From NCBI RefSeq assembly GCF_964194155.1, contig NC_135895.1:89528001-89592000 (forward strand): DNA of 64,000 bases. Reading direction: 5' to 3'. Source of the stretch: Cetorhinus maximus (lineage: Eukaryota). The translations under genes were made by a program, and so were the position numbers. Positions 11,789 through 24,849 of the stretch are shown here, one piece after another. Within the stretch, counting starts at the first letter, position 1; each line of letters starts with the position of its first letter. Under the pieces are notes generated by a model, which was given only the letters and a program-made list of their open reading frames with translations, was not told where the DNA came from and did no database searches.

Positions 11789-12499
11789 AGTTTCACAGCA
11801 TGTGCATGGGTATTAATCACTTGTACATAATATTCACTATTGTAAATAAACTCCCAAGAATGTCTCCTTGCCTATGGCTCCTTGTTATGATGAGCAGTGT
11901 TCGTGTCACTCAGATGTGAAACCTTGGTTCCTGCACAAGATAAAGGCAGGTGTCTCAGTCCAGGGCCTCTTCTCTGTGCAGTGTGTAACCTTCAGAGCAA
12001 AGTGACGGTCCAGCTTTGCACTCACTGGACACATTAGTGATGCCCGCACCTCAATGGTGCTCGTCATTGCTGTCATAATGTTGTGGCCAAGCATCACAAG
12101 TTCTATTATTCTCTCTGTCTGCTCTCAGCACCTTTGAGGTGGGGCTGGATCCCATCTCTTCAGGAGCACACCGTTACTGGACACAGATACTGAAGAGGAC
12201 AGGTGCTGAAGGCTGACAAAGATCAGCTGTATTTAAAGTTTCAAGTCTGTGTTTCCATGATATGACCCTGATCACAGAGCACAAGCAAGCTGCCCTTAGC
12301 CAGACAGGAGTCAGACATTCACAGAAGCAATGTGAAAATCTATGGAATGTCCTCACTGCATGTCATCAATCCAGCGACTGTTAGGGCCTCCGCTGCGACT
12401 CCATGACATGAGCCTGAGCACGGAGGTTATGCATGCTGCCATCAGCCACACAGGAGTCAAACCTTCATAGATACAAGGTGAGGGTGTCAGGACTGTCCT

Positions 12500-13715
12500 C
12501 ACTGTATCTCGTCATCGTGCTCCTCAAATCTTGTGGCTATGAGGGCCCCTGAGCTCGCCTGCCCAGTGCGATCACCTTTGAGGACTTCATCACCATCATC
12601 CTCTTTCACGATGCCCCTCATAGGAGGAAACGTGAAGCTCATTCATCTCCTCCTCGAGCAGTTCCTCCCCCCGGCTACACAACCTGGCCTTGCAGCGCCA
12701 GGTTGTGTAGCGCGCAGCAAGCTACGGTGATCTGCAACACCCTCTGGAGACTGTATTGCAGTGCTCCATCAGACCTGTTGAGGCACCGGAACCTCATTTT
12801 CAAGATGCCTATCGTTTGCTCCACCAAAGTCTGGTCGCAGCATAAGCCTCGTTATACCGTCACTCTGCTGCAGTCTGAGGCCGCCACAGAGTGTCATCAG
12901 CCATGTCCTCTGCAGGTAGCCCTTGTCTCCACGGAGCCAGCCCTGCAGCCTCTGTGGACCCTGGGAGATGTCAGGGATCTGAGACCTGCCAAGGATGTAG
13001 GTGTCACGGACGCTCCCTGGGAATCATGCGCAGACCTGTAGGATGTGTTTGTGGTAGTCACAGACCAGTTGAACATTCGGCAAGTGAAAGTCCTTGTGGT
13101 CGACGTAGTTGACTACTTGTTGCCATGGAGTTCCAAGCGCCATGTGAGTGCAGTCAATGGCATGCTGCACCTATGAAAAACCAGAGATCTGTGCAAATCC
13201 CAACAGTCCTGCTTCTTGACTTTCCTGTTCCTGTGCAAAATGCACAAAGCTCTGTGCCTTCTCGAGGATGGCGTTCGTGACCTCCTGGATACACTTGTAC
13301 GTGGAAGCGTACGCGATCCCGCACAGGTCACCTGTGGAGCCCGGGAACGAGCCGCTCATGTAAAAATTGAGCGCCGCGGTCACTTTCACGGACACTGGCA
13401 GTGGATGCCCTCCATGTCCCCGTGGCACCAAATCCTGCAGCAGATGGCAAATGTGACCGAACAGTTCCCTAGACATGCGCAGTCTTCGGTGACACTGGTT
13501 CTCAGTCACCTGCAGGAGTGACAGGCACCATCATAGATATTGGATCTATGAACGACAGCTCTTTGTGGATCTTTAGCTGCGTGCATAGCAGACCCTGCCA
13601 CCCCTTAGTCTTGATGGAGGTGCTCCTGTCTTTGCCGAGCCAGGCGCCTCCGCTGCACTCTTCCTCTTTGTTCCCTGCAAGCCGTGAGGCATATCACTAT
13701 AGGACCAGGCTCCAT
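12500..13715 (-). pseudogene. Harbinger DDE transposase (HARBI1-like), disrupted
   Basis: ATG at 13715 follows a CTCTCTCTTTGACTCTGCAG acceptor. Motifs: QCHRRLRMSRELF.HICHLL, VKVTAALNFY.SGSF, AIDCTH, NVQLVCD, GDKGY, YNEA, EQTIGILKMRFRCL, CALHN, with stops and frameshifts. Confidence 0.92.
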
Positions 13716-16309
13716 GATCCTGTATCTTCTCCACCTGCAGAGTCAAAGAGAGAGATGCGTGGGTTAGCATGTGTGTCCTAAGAACCTCTCTTGGTTAAAT
13801 CTGAAAGCCCATTCATGCATGCAGGAGTGCACTGGCCACTACTTGGATGGCCAGTATGTAGTTTGCTTCATGGCTGTCCGAAACCCCACCCATCTCCACC
13901 CCCACTCCACTTGACCGATTGGAAGCAGCTTCGGCCACTGGACTGCATGCTGCGCTCTCAGTTCGGGCACAGGCATTCTCCTAATCCGCATTGCAAGGCT
14001 TCGCTGTTAGCTTGAACCATGAGAGGTACTGGTCTGAGCCTTAATAAAGGCATTGCAAGGGTCTGTGAGTGCCTCCACCAGTGACTGCGCCATGGCCACC
14101 CTTCACAAAAGGATTCTACAACTTGCTCAGTCAGCCAATTGTTCTGTTGCCTCCCTAAAACGCACGTTAATTTTTAGTCTACACCCAAGAGGTGAAAGGT
14201 TCTGGTGGATTTGGTGGCACTTTCATGCTTTTGCATTGCTTGAGTGGGCAGAAAAGCTTCAGAGGCCCGACTCCAAGCATGTCAATGGAGCTGCTGCTGA
14301 ACGGTCTCAGCTGCGGAAGAATGCTCACTTCTGACAAACTTTTTCAAGTGTGTGGCTGCTTCCCTCAACCCCCATTCCCACCCTCCTGGGATGTGCTTGT
14401 GCATTTCCTTCAGTCTGGGCTGTCTTGCCCCCAGCACCGCATCCTTCATCCACCACTCCCATCTCCCCCTCCCACCCCAGGCCTCACCCACAAATGGAGC
14501 TCTTGCCCCAGCATCGCACTAAAAGCCAGCCAGGAAAAAGCGACTCGCCTGCGGCCCGCCCCCACCTCCCCCCCACAACTTCCTTGGTGTCCTATGGGCG
14601 ATCCTCACGAGCATTGCGCACAGTTGTCTGCACTCACTTCCGTGTTCCCCTCAAAGTTCAGCTCGCCAGGCGCATGCCTTTTAAAGGCAGTTGTGAAGCA
14701 CGCCAACGTGATTTGATGCGGAGGGATGACTCCAGCGCGAGGGCAGAATAATGAGATGCAAATACATTAAAATTATGTTCCCGACCCTGGATGGTGGCCC
14801 GCCATCGACGGGTGGAGCGGATGATTGCAATCTGGTTTCACGACAGCACCAAAACCAATTTTTGGCCTTCTCGCCATTTTATTCACTCACACCCATGACG
14901 CCTGCTGCCAATGGGACCAGACGATTCCTTCAAAAGAAAAATAATCTTCTCCTGCTCCTTTGCTGGAATATGTTCATCATTAACCTCCTAGGACTCGCCC
15001 CCCTCATTCTCCTGTCCATTTCCTCTATTCTTGTGGTATTGTCCATGGATAGACTGAAAGTCTCAGGCTTGGTTGTAATGGTTGCTAAGATGGAGTGATG
15101 TTTTAACCTGTTCTCTCCATTTAACGTTGATTTTCAGGTTCCCCCTTGAGTGTACTTATTGTAGGGAGTATCTGTAGATTGGCAGTTGCTTGTAAATCTT
15201 TGGTGCCTGTACTTGGGTTCAGGCCTGGTAAGCGAAGCATGAAAAGTCAGCAGGAAATGACTGAATTATTGAATACTTTCAGCAGTGTTAAGTAATACAA
15301 TGCCTGCTGCGCGTACAATTTTGTTATTGCTGCTGTTTCATCAGGACACTGTATTAATTGTTAGGTCTTCCTCCTTATCACATTAGCTTTCAACCCCCCG
15401 CACCCCCCCCAGAATACCAGGCTAGAGGTTATCTGACAGTCCCTGGCTTCTAAGTGTTGTGCATTCTTTCAATGTCTTCTAGGCCCAGGTAATAGAAACC
15501 TATATGCAGTTGCGCAATGTATGTTACAATCCACTTTGAGAGCGTTTTGAACTGGCTGATTTACTTATTGGTTTTGAAAACCATAATGCAACCAAGTATT
15601 TCAGCTTTGAAAGGAGTGATTTGTCATTAGTTTAAAGCATGGTCAAAGCTCACTTACAACTAAACGATAACAGGATCAAGAACAAGAACAGCAGTATTAA
15701 TCAATCATCAGAATTTCCTCAGATATGGTTTATTGTTCCTTCTGGTGCATCATTACATTTCAGGAATGAATGCCTTTTGCTGTCCTTTTTTTCCACGATT
15801 TTCCCTTTAAAAAACTGGCTTGAGCTTGTGCTCAGGCACAATTCTATAACAAATCTCTTCTATTTGATTGTTCAAAGAAATCCTTGTCAGAATGTAGGAA
15901 TGGCACCAGATAAAGGATATTCTATTACGAGGCCTTAGACTGGTAAAATAATAAATTTTACAATCTTTTAAAATGAAAGGATGGATGGCAGAATAATAAA
16001 TTAGATGATAGATGGATCAGAAGATAAAGCGATGAATGGCTGACAGATAGCTCAGCCAATTCTATCTGCTTAATTAAAATAAAAATGCATGTATTTTTAA
16101 AAGCAAGGATTTTATTTTACGACACACTGACAAGTGGTTTGTGATGTTGTGGTATACCACCGAGCACTACATAGGAAATAATTTAGAAAATAAAGTCATG
16201 CAAATTTTACACTAAACAGACTTTGTTTGCCTGATGGCTTAGTTGGCAAATGTACTGCTGGTGAACCACTGGATCCTACTGGCAAAAGAGCATTCTAGGT
16301 TTTCTTTTT

Positions 16310-16635
16310 ATATAGAATCTACAGCACAGAAACAGGCCATTTGGTCTAAGCTGGTATGTATGCTTCACATGAGCTTCTTCCCCCTATGCTTTATCTAAAT
16401 CTAAGCATAACCTTCTATTCCTTTCTTGTTTAAGTAGTTATTTAGCTTCCCTTCATACACATCTATGCTATTTGCCTCAACTACTCCATTTGGTAACAAG
16501 TTCCACATTCTAACTAATCTCTGGGTAAAGAAGTTTCTCCTGGATTCTTTACTGGATTTCTTAGTGACTATCTTATATTTATGGCCCCTAGTTTTGGATT
16601 CCCAACAAGTATAAATTTCTTGTCCATGTCTACCA
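16310..16635 (-). mobile_element. CR1 3' end
   Basis: ATAGAATCTACAGCACAGAAACAGGCCATT tail and TTCCACATTCTAAC..TCTCTGGGTAAAGAAGTTTCTCC, the reverse complement of RNFFTQR..RMWN. Confidence 0.85.
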
Positions 16636-16789
16636 TAGTCTGTGCTGTGTTAGCCAGCTTCAACAAGCACATTAGTTGTAACATTAGAGTTGAAGGAGGT
16701 GCTCTATTTGTTCTGTTTAACCTTCAGCAGCAGCTGAGCACTTTTCATTTATCTCCAAGCTGTTAATTCATGAAATTAATAACTAATTA

Positions 16790-18350
16790 ACTAATCAAAT
16801 AAATAAGTAAGGACATGGCAAGACAGGTGGTGTACTGTAACTGCAACATATAGGCATTTGTGGAGGGCATTGAGATCCTGGACAGCCACAGCTGTGCTAA
16901 GTGTCTGCAACTTGAGCAACTTTGGCTCAGTGTTGTTGAGTTGGAGTCTAAGCTGCAGACATTGTAGGGCATCACAAAGGGGGAAAGAGTTACCTGGACA
17001 CTTTGTTCCAGGAGTCAGTAACAACCTTAGGCTAAGTAATACTGTAGAGTTGGTCAATGGTCAAGGGCAGAAGGTGTGATGCACGCCAAACAGGTATTTG
17101 AATCCAGGATGCAGTGATAGAGGAGCCATGTCCCATGACTTTGACCAACAGGAAAAGGGTGCTTGCTACTTGTATGGATGAGAACTAGGACCACAGGATG
17201 CATAGGCAAACTGGCCATTGCATTATAGTGCAGGCAGCCATTCAGAATTCCGAATATATTAAGCATTTGTAATAAGATGAATGAACTAGTGTTACAGAGA
17301 AATGGTTTAGATCTAATATCTTACAAAGTCATCGTTACTAGGTGACCAAGGTTTGGAGATAAATAATCCAGGCAACAACATTTTGAAAAGGCAGGTAAAA
17401 GGAGCATTAGCCCAGGCAGTGAAGGATGACTTAAAGACAGTTGTAAGAAAGGATTTGGGCTCAGGATATCAGGATGTGGAATCATATTGGTGGAGATTAG
17501 AAATAACAACAGTCAGAAAACACTGGTGGGAGGAGTTTATGGCTCCCCTAACAGTAGTTTTACAGTTGGACAGTGCATTAAGCAATAAAAAGTTGGAGCT
17601 TGTAACAAAGGCAATGTAATAATCATGGGGGGCTTTAATCTTCATATAGGCTGGCCAAATCAGTAATTACTCTCTCAAGGGTAATCTGGAAGATGAGTTT
17701 GTAGAATGTTGGAACAATACATTACGGAACCAACTAGGGGTAAGGCTATTTTAGATCTATTATTGTGTAATAAGGCAGGTTTAATTCATAATTCTATAGT
17801 AGAAGATCCTCTGGGAAAAAGTGATCATAATACAGTTGAATTCTATCTTAAATTTAAGTGCGACATACTCCAGTCCAAAACAAGAATCTTAAACTTTTAC
17901 TGCAGATGTACAGGGCCTTGGTGAGACCACATCTGGAATACTGTGTACAGTTTTGGTCTCCTTATTTGAAAAAATATATAATTGCTTTAGAAGCAGCTCA
18001 GAGAAGGTTCAATCAACTCATTCTCAGGATGAGGGTCTTTATCTTATGAAGAAAGGTTGAATAGTTTGGGCCTATACCCATTGGAGTTCAGGGGAATGAA
18101 AGGTGATCTCACTGAAACATATAAGATCCTGAGGGGATCTGATAGGGTATGTACCAGGAGGATATTTCTACTTCTGGGAGAGACTAAAACCAGGGGACAT
18201 GGTTTGAGAATAGGAGGTTGACCATTTAAGATGGAGGTTAGGGGAATTTTTTTCTCTCAAGGAGTTGTTAGTATGTGGAACTCTTTTAAGACCACAACCA
18301 GATCACCCATGATCTTATTGAAGGGCAATCTACTCATGCCCCTAAGTCCC
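16790..18350 (+). mobile_element. CR1 with ORF1 zinc-finger/leucine-zipper remnant, endonuclease and RT C-terminus; internally deleted
   Basis: CNC...HSCAKCLQLEQL...V.ELESKLQTL; EQYITEPTRGKAILDLLLCN...LGKSDHN; YRALVRPHLEYCVQFWSPYLKK. Confidence 0.88.
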
Positions 18351-18591
18351 ATGTTCAAAGGTGCAGAAAACAATTAGAAAGGCAAACAGCATGTTATTCC
18401 ACTTGAGGCAAACCAACAATGGGCCTTCAGTCCCAAAAATATTTCCTAGTCTTTATGGGTCAATGTCACACCACATGGTGTACATCACACTCTTGTTGCC
18501 CCCAGCTGACTCGTGAGGGAGAAACTGGTTGGCGCCTTCTGAAAATGAACATCACAAATAGTCATTTTGTACTACAGAACTTCAGTTTTGC

Positions 18592-19800
18592 TGACAAAAG
18601 AGGCATGCTGTCAAAGCTTTTTGTCTTGCGCTCACCAGATTGAAATCTTGCACTCACCAGACTGATGCAAGAATACCAAATTTCAAAGGGAGCAACAATT
18701 TATACTGCATGAGAAAAGGGTGCTAATTGGTTGGCAAGTGGACTCTGATTGGTAGAGGTGTTGCCTTGGAGAATGCAAGAGCGAACATTTACCCTCCAAG
18801 CTATTGTTTAAACTCAAAAAAGGCAAATCAACTCTGGTTGAGGGGCTGTCATGGGGAATGCACCAGGGAACAGTTGTCATCCATGCTTTTGTTTAATTGA
18901 TGAGGCACAATGCCTGGACATATTTTGTTTGCAGAAGACAGGGCTCTGCATATGAATAGATGTAGCTGCTAGCAAGCGTAAGTAAGCTACATTGTGAACT
19001 ATGTTGATAACCTTAAATTGGTTGTTAGTGTAGGCTGTACCAGTCTACCTTAAATTACTCTGGGAGAGTTTTTTTGAGAGAGTTAAATTACTCTGAGAGA
19101 GGTGTTTCAAAAATTTAAGCAAAAGGTGAAGCTAGCCTTTTCACACTGCTACTATGCAGTAGCAACATCGGTGGTGTTCTCTATTAACAGGATGCTACCG
19201 TCAAGCCAAAAAGACGTTCTGCCTAGCACACAAATGAGTAATGTGGCATATGAATTTCAGTGCTGGTGTGATGGCAGGTATGTAAGCCATACGTCCCAAT
19301 GACTGGTGGATCGCATCAAACAGCATGACCCTTTGGCTGTTCACGACAGAATACTGATCGTACTCAACCAGCCCGTGCTTGCAAAACTCAGAAATGTCCA
19401 ACATTAGATGCGATTCCGCGATTGGACAGCACTTACTGAGCAATCTCAGGTGTTCTAAGAATTACACTAACAACCGATTTAAGATTGTCAATTGAGCTTG
19501 CAATGTGGCTCATTGATGCTTTCTAGAAACTACATACATTTATTCGCAGGGCCCTGCCCTCTGCAAAGAGAAAGAATACATCCAAGCATTGCACTTTTTC
19601 ACTGGAACAAAGCATAGGGGGCAACTGTTCCCTGGTGCATTCACCATCGCAATGCCTCGAGCAGAGACCACTTGCCAACCAATCAGCACCCTTTTCTCAT
19701 GCAGTATAAATAGTTGTTCCCATTTAAATTTAGTATTCTTGCGTTGATCCTGATGAGTGCAAGGTGAAAAGCTTCGAAAGCGTGTCTCTTTTTTCAATAA
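18592..19800 (+). mobile_element. Penelope-like element 3' part (GIY-YIG endonuclease) with a 5' inverted copy of its pseudo-LTR
   Basis: PVYLKL.W...KDVLPSTQMSNVAYEFQCWCDGRYVSHTSQ*LVDRIKQH is GIY-YIG-like. 18592-~19035 is the reverse complement of ~19455-19800. Confidence 0.85.
19745..19780 (+). ncRNA. Minimal type I hammerhead ribozyme motif (decayed) in the Penelope pseudo-LTR
   Basis: CTGATGA (19750-19756)-GTGCAAGGT-GAAA-AGCT-TC, with a palindromic stem III (AAGCTT). Confidence 0.7.
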
Positions 19801-19879
19801 CATCACAAACAGTGTATTTAACAGTGTCGACATCGCAAGTTTATTTAATGTCATGATTCGGAATACTGGTCAGCTATTT

Positions 19880-20860
19880 AGTAGGAATGCCTGTTCTATT
19901 CATCAACCTCCTTGACTGAGCCGTGTAGATGGTTTGCATGATCTTCCTTCTGTCATCATCATGTGTGCTCTGCCTGAAGACAGGTCCTTGGTTCATAGCC
20001 TTTCTATGTCTCTCTATCCTGTGCCAGCCTTTTAATTAACAATAACTTCCTTCAATTTTCAAACCATCCAGCATTGTTATTTTCTTCCACATCTTTTACT
20101 CGTCTGTTTCTTCTTAAGATGCGCCCTACCTGGACTTTGTTCCTAATTACATTCAGTAAATCTCTTTGTTCATTGACTCTCCACAGCATTTTTTACTTTT
20201 TTCTGCCCAAATGATTCTTTCCATTCTCCTCTAAACCCACATTTCAAAGCTATTTAGCAAGTTGGTCTCCTCCTTCTTTAAGGTTCACGTCTCACATCCC
20301 TAGAAAACAACACTCCAAATCAAGCTCTTTACAAGTCACTTCTTGAATTGCTTATTCAACTTTCCATTTAGCAACCATCTCTTCTTACCAAATGCGACCT
20401 TTCCCATTGCTATCCTTCTTCTTATTTCTTTGTTGCACCGGCCATCCAGATATTATGCTTCATGAATTCTTGCACCTGTTCTAGTTCTTATCCTTCTTTG
20501 AATATATGAATATTTCTTGGAGATTTTGAGATATGCAACACTTTCGTTTTGCCAATGTTCGCTTTCATTATTCCAAAGTTCATGTTTGTTGTTACTAGTC
20601 TATCGACTAATTCTTATAAAGCTTCTTCTGTGCTTGCTGCAAGTGCTTTGACATCTTCAAATCTAACTGATGTTGTCATTCATCCCCCAATCTTAACACC
20701 AGATTGTGTCTTCAAACACTCCTTTGATCATCTCCTTCTATACATTTTCCAAATAATACAGCTTCAACATTACAAAAAAAATCTTCTGGGAAGCACTGCA
20801 AACAGGATGTTTAACATAAAATAACGTGTTCCTTTTCTCTTTATGTGTCGGGACATGTTT
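19880..20860 (-). mobile_element. RTE-clade LINE RT and C-terminus, old
   Basis: GVKIGG...VRFED..ALAASTEEAL.ELVDRL.....FG..ANIGKTKVL; EIRRRIAMGK.AF; LVKSLIWSV..GCET.TLKK; FEMW..RRM.RI.W. Confidence 0.8.
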
Positions 20861-21114
20861 TTAATATGTTTTATAAATGTATGTGCAGAAGATGATGATT
20901 AACTAACTCAATACTTAAATGGATTACCAGAGATAAAATACTGGAGCAGTTCAGGTGACATCGTAAACCGTGGCAGTGAAGTTCATGCAGTTTATGAATG
21001 CCATTTCAAACAGACTATAACACCACTCAATACACTTTCACATTTTTATTCTTCATAATCAGTAGTTTATTTAAACTGAGTTTTCTAATTCCAGTTCCAA
21101 CTCAAAATTTTAAA

Positions 21115-21470
21115 TAAACAGATCCTGCCTTGGTCTCGTCCCCTTCATGTCTCTGTAACCTCATGAGACCCTAATGCCCTTTGAGATCTCAGGACTCCTC
21201 TGATTCTAGCCTCTTGAGCATCCCTGATTTCCTTCGCTCCTCCACTGGTGGTTCTACCTTCAGCTGTCTAGACGCTAAGCTCTGAAAAGCCCTCTTTACC
21301 CCTCTCTCCTCCTTTAAGATAGTCCTCAAACCAACCTTTTTAATCAATCTTTTGGTCATCTGTCCTAATATCTCCTTTAGTGGCTCGTGTCAAATCTTGC
21401 CTGATAAAACTCTTGTGAAACACATTGGGACACTACTAAGTTACAGGAGTTAGAAAAATTGCATGTTGCT
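21115..21470 (+). mobile_element. L2-type LINE 3' end
   Basis: GLVP...NL....LRSQDSS...GG.TFSCL..KL...P followed by the tail TGTGAAACACATTGGGAC..TAAG..A; similar to 50940-51310. Confidence 0.7.
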
Positions 21471-21984
21471 GTACTCTAAGCATAACCTCAATGGCTAATG
21501 TCTGTGTAGTTGAATTATCAGGAGCCAGGTAGGTCACCTGCAACCAACATCTTTGACAGTGCCCAACACTTATTTCAAATGAAAGACTTCCACACTATTA
21601 AATACAGAAGGGATTCGAGAGGGCTGAGTTACATGGTAGTAAACTTAATGGAACGGTTCTGATGCTGTAAGTGACAACAGAGAAACAGAAGCACTCAATT
21701 CAATGATTCTTTTAAATTGACTGCCAGACCTTTGAAATATAATTTACAGTTTATTTAAACTGTAATGCTTATTTTTGAATTTTTATTATTACAGGATGGT
21801 GTAAAGTAGGTGAAAGGGTAATAAAGGTTAAAGCATTGGTGGACTTGCATAACATAATACCTTTACATTATAATACGATATCCCCAGATTTATTTTGCAG
21901 AATGTTACTGGAATAGGCATTATATTTGGAGCAAGTGACTTGACACTGTGCAACATCCGGCAAAATTCTTACATGAAGTACAAA

Positions 21985-22295
21985 GTAAACCCACGACCAC
22001 TACCATCCAGAAGGACAAGGGCAGCAGGTAGATGGGAACACCACCACCTGGAAGTTCCCCTCCAAGTCACTCACCATCCTGACATGGAAATATATCACTG
22101 TTCCTTCACTGTCACTTGGTCAAAATCCTGGAGCTCCCTCCCTAATAGCACCGTGGGTATGCCTACACCACATGGGTTGCAGCGGTTCAAGAAAGCAGCT
22201 CACCACCACCTTCTCAAGGGCAATTAGGGATGGGCAATAAATGCTGGCCCAGCCAGCGAAGCTCACATCCCATGAATGAATAATAAAAAAAAAAC
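21985..22295 (+). mobile_element. LINE 3' end, same family as 5322-5740
   Basis: PRPLPSRRTRAAGRWEHHHL...SWSSLPNSTVG.PTPHGLQRFKKAAHHHLLKGN* followed by an A-rich tail. Confidence 0.85.
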
Positions 22296-24009
22296 AATTT
22301 ATTGCTGAGTACTATGATTCTGCAGAGGAAGTCTTACTGGCTAAGAAAATTAGGGATCTCAACAACAATAAATCACTTAATAAGTATAGATTTAGATAGA
22401 TAGAAGTATATAGGTTATACAAATGATTAGAATTTCTATAATAAAATATAGTCGCTGGCCTGCGATAACTTAGTTCTGCTGATGGGCTTTGCAGTTTGAG
22501 GCTTGTGCAATGGCAGTTTTGTTTGGCACTTACAGGTCCCAAATATTGCTATTGGATAACTGAAAGGGTTAATGCATTTCATACTCCACCAAGCTCACAT
22601 TCTGACACACACACAGATGTGCACAGATTCCACAGAAGAGCACATCCCTTAATTTCATGGTTCCCCTACCCCATGGCCAGCTTTCATCCACAATTCAATA
22701 ATGTGTCAACTCCTTCCTTGGCTCAGCTATTCACCGCACAATGCTTCAAATTTAGTGTGAAAATCACTTGACTGTCCCAGGGCCACAGGCTGTGTTAAGA
22801 GGATCAGGCAGGAGAGTTATCTAATCAAATCAGAGGAGCTCAATGAAGAAACTCCAGCCTGTTTTGTACCTCTTAACATTAACCTTGCCAATCAAAAAGC
22901 AAACAGGAGCGTGCCTGTGCACATTAACTCCTACCCTGTCCTTGAACCAGCACAGAAACCAAACCAATAAGGCCTTCAATCCCTGTGCCAAGTGAGCCCT
23001 GGAGATACCTCCAATTCCATTAAAGGGACTCTTGAGAAAGGCAGAGACACCCTGAAGTGCAAGGTCTTGAAAGAAGCTAATGCTATACACATTTATTAAT
23101 GCCACCAAAGGAGAACAAATTAAAGAGAATAGGCCATACATATTGGTCACTGACTGTAACCCTTTCGAGCCTATGATATTAGTGGATCAATTTATTTCGC
23201 TGACTTACTTAAACACTCAAGCATCTAGGGCTTTCAAGGTTTTCTAGTTAATCAAATAACTAAACACTGAGTTCCAAATCAGGTAGCTACATGAATTAAC
23301 TAACCATTTCAGAACTGAGCTAGTTCATACGCTATGCTGTGCAGTCTACTATTTATCATATGTTATTTGCCACAATACGTGTTATGAGACTGAATGGTTT
23401 CTATCACCAAGAGAAACCCAGCAATCACCAATTAACTGGAATAAGAAAGTAATTAAATTTAAATATAATTCAAAATGCTGGAATGATAAGCTGCATTTTC
23501 CATGCTGCTGTATTGGGAAAGCTATGACAAACTGACCGTAGACAAGCTCCTTGAGGAACTAGCAGTTGAACTAAAAAAGGCAATGCATCATACAGCCCAA
23601 CATAAAGTTCAATACTTCTACCACAAATACAACAATAAATGTTCATATCGGTATGATATAAGACGTATAGAAATCTAGCTTGGAACATTGCTTCATTTTA
23701 AAATTTTTATTACTGTAATGTGCTCATGTAATTGCTTCTCCTTCCTGAAGTGCATTTGGGGGTGGATTACATTACTACATGGTTTGCATTTTCATTAATT
23801 TTTCTCTCTTAATTGGGTGAACATTTTATTTATAAGCCAAAATTCTATTGTCTTCTATCATGAACACAACAAAGTTGCCAGAATGGTAGATTACTCAGTT
23901 ATAGATTATGGTGCACTTTCATTCACTGTGCCATCTCTACAGTTACTTGCCAGGATGATTTTCTACTATCTACTGAAGGCAGGGATTCAGGCTAGGATTA
24001 GGAATCAGG

Positions 24010-24300
24010 GGTTTCAGCAGCCCTCCAGCATCATGTCAAAGCAGCCTTCAAAATATATCAGTCTAGACAGTCAGTGCTGACAGGTTAATCAGGGAGATGG
24101 GTGGGATAACATGGGAGGCCAAAGCAACTGTTGTCCAAACAACTGATTGGCAATCAGGAGCAGGAACCCTAGTCTGAGGAGACTGTATCAATTCCAACAT
24201 CCCCTACTGGCACTCCAATCAAAATTGATTAACTCAGCCTGGACTAGGGATCATGCCTGGAACTTCTGTGGGCATTACATTGTCCACACAACCATCTGGG
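24010..24300 (-). mobile_element. Old tRNA-derived SINE family (related copies ~9540-9830 +, 38950-39260 -, 40000-40310 -, 44900-45080 -)
   Basis: Recurrent degenerate motifs (GGAGCAGGAA, GGGAT..AACCTGG.AC.TTC as a reverse B-box, TAGACA) are shared between copies. Confidence 0.45.
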
Positions 24301-24849
24301 ACAGGAGGAAGAGATCAGTCATATGTTTATTGACGCATGTTTTATTTTAAATTATTTAGTCAAAACAGACCTGAGTCACAACAGTCTTGTCATTTTCTTA
24401 CATTCACTATTTTGTTTCTCTCCCTTTGTAAACTCAAAGATCAAGTACATTCAGCTGACAAACAGGACAAATTGCGCTGCAATAGATTAACTGAATTACA
24501 AAATGGCTATTATCAGTTACCATAGACCTCACACAAGTTAGCAGTCAAGTATGTCGTGTGAAACTCATTCAATTTCTCTTTTCTGAAGAAATAGGCCTGT
24601 TTTCAATTAATAGTTAAAAGTATAATCATTCAAGTGGCTGTGGGAATGGGAATGGATATGGTTTTGTAGTTTTGTCAGAAATTGGTGATTCATACCATCG
24701 TAAGTGCCAAATTAATTTTTCTTCTTCAAATGTGCTCTGCTGTGAAGGCTCTTTGGAGCAGCCAGAGCTTCATCAGGATTTTATCACATCTATTAATAAG
24801 GGTGATTTTAGGTCAGTGATTATGATGCACAATAGTGTCAAGACAAGTA

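Larger units (their letters stand above)
9845..14931. mobile_element. PIF/Harbinger DNA transposon, near full length, decayed
   Basis: Left end GGGCAGAATCATC; right end GACGATTCCTTC (degenerate TIR); AAA flanks both sides (possible 3-bp TSD). It contains convergent Myb/SANT and DDE transposase genes. Confidence 0.9.

Noticed and set aside
12500-13715. Domesticated HARBI1 gene
   Set aside because: Multiple stops and frameshifts, and transposon termini are present, so it is a TE copy.
15138-15227. Possible plus-strand exon (TTTTCAG ... CTG|GTAAGC)
   Set aside because: The single open frame gives an unrecognisable peptide, and such site pairs occur by chance.
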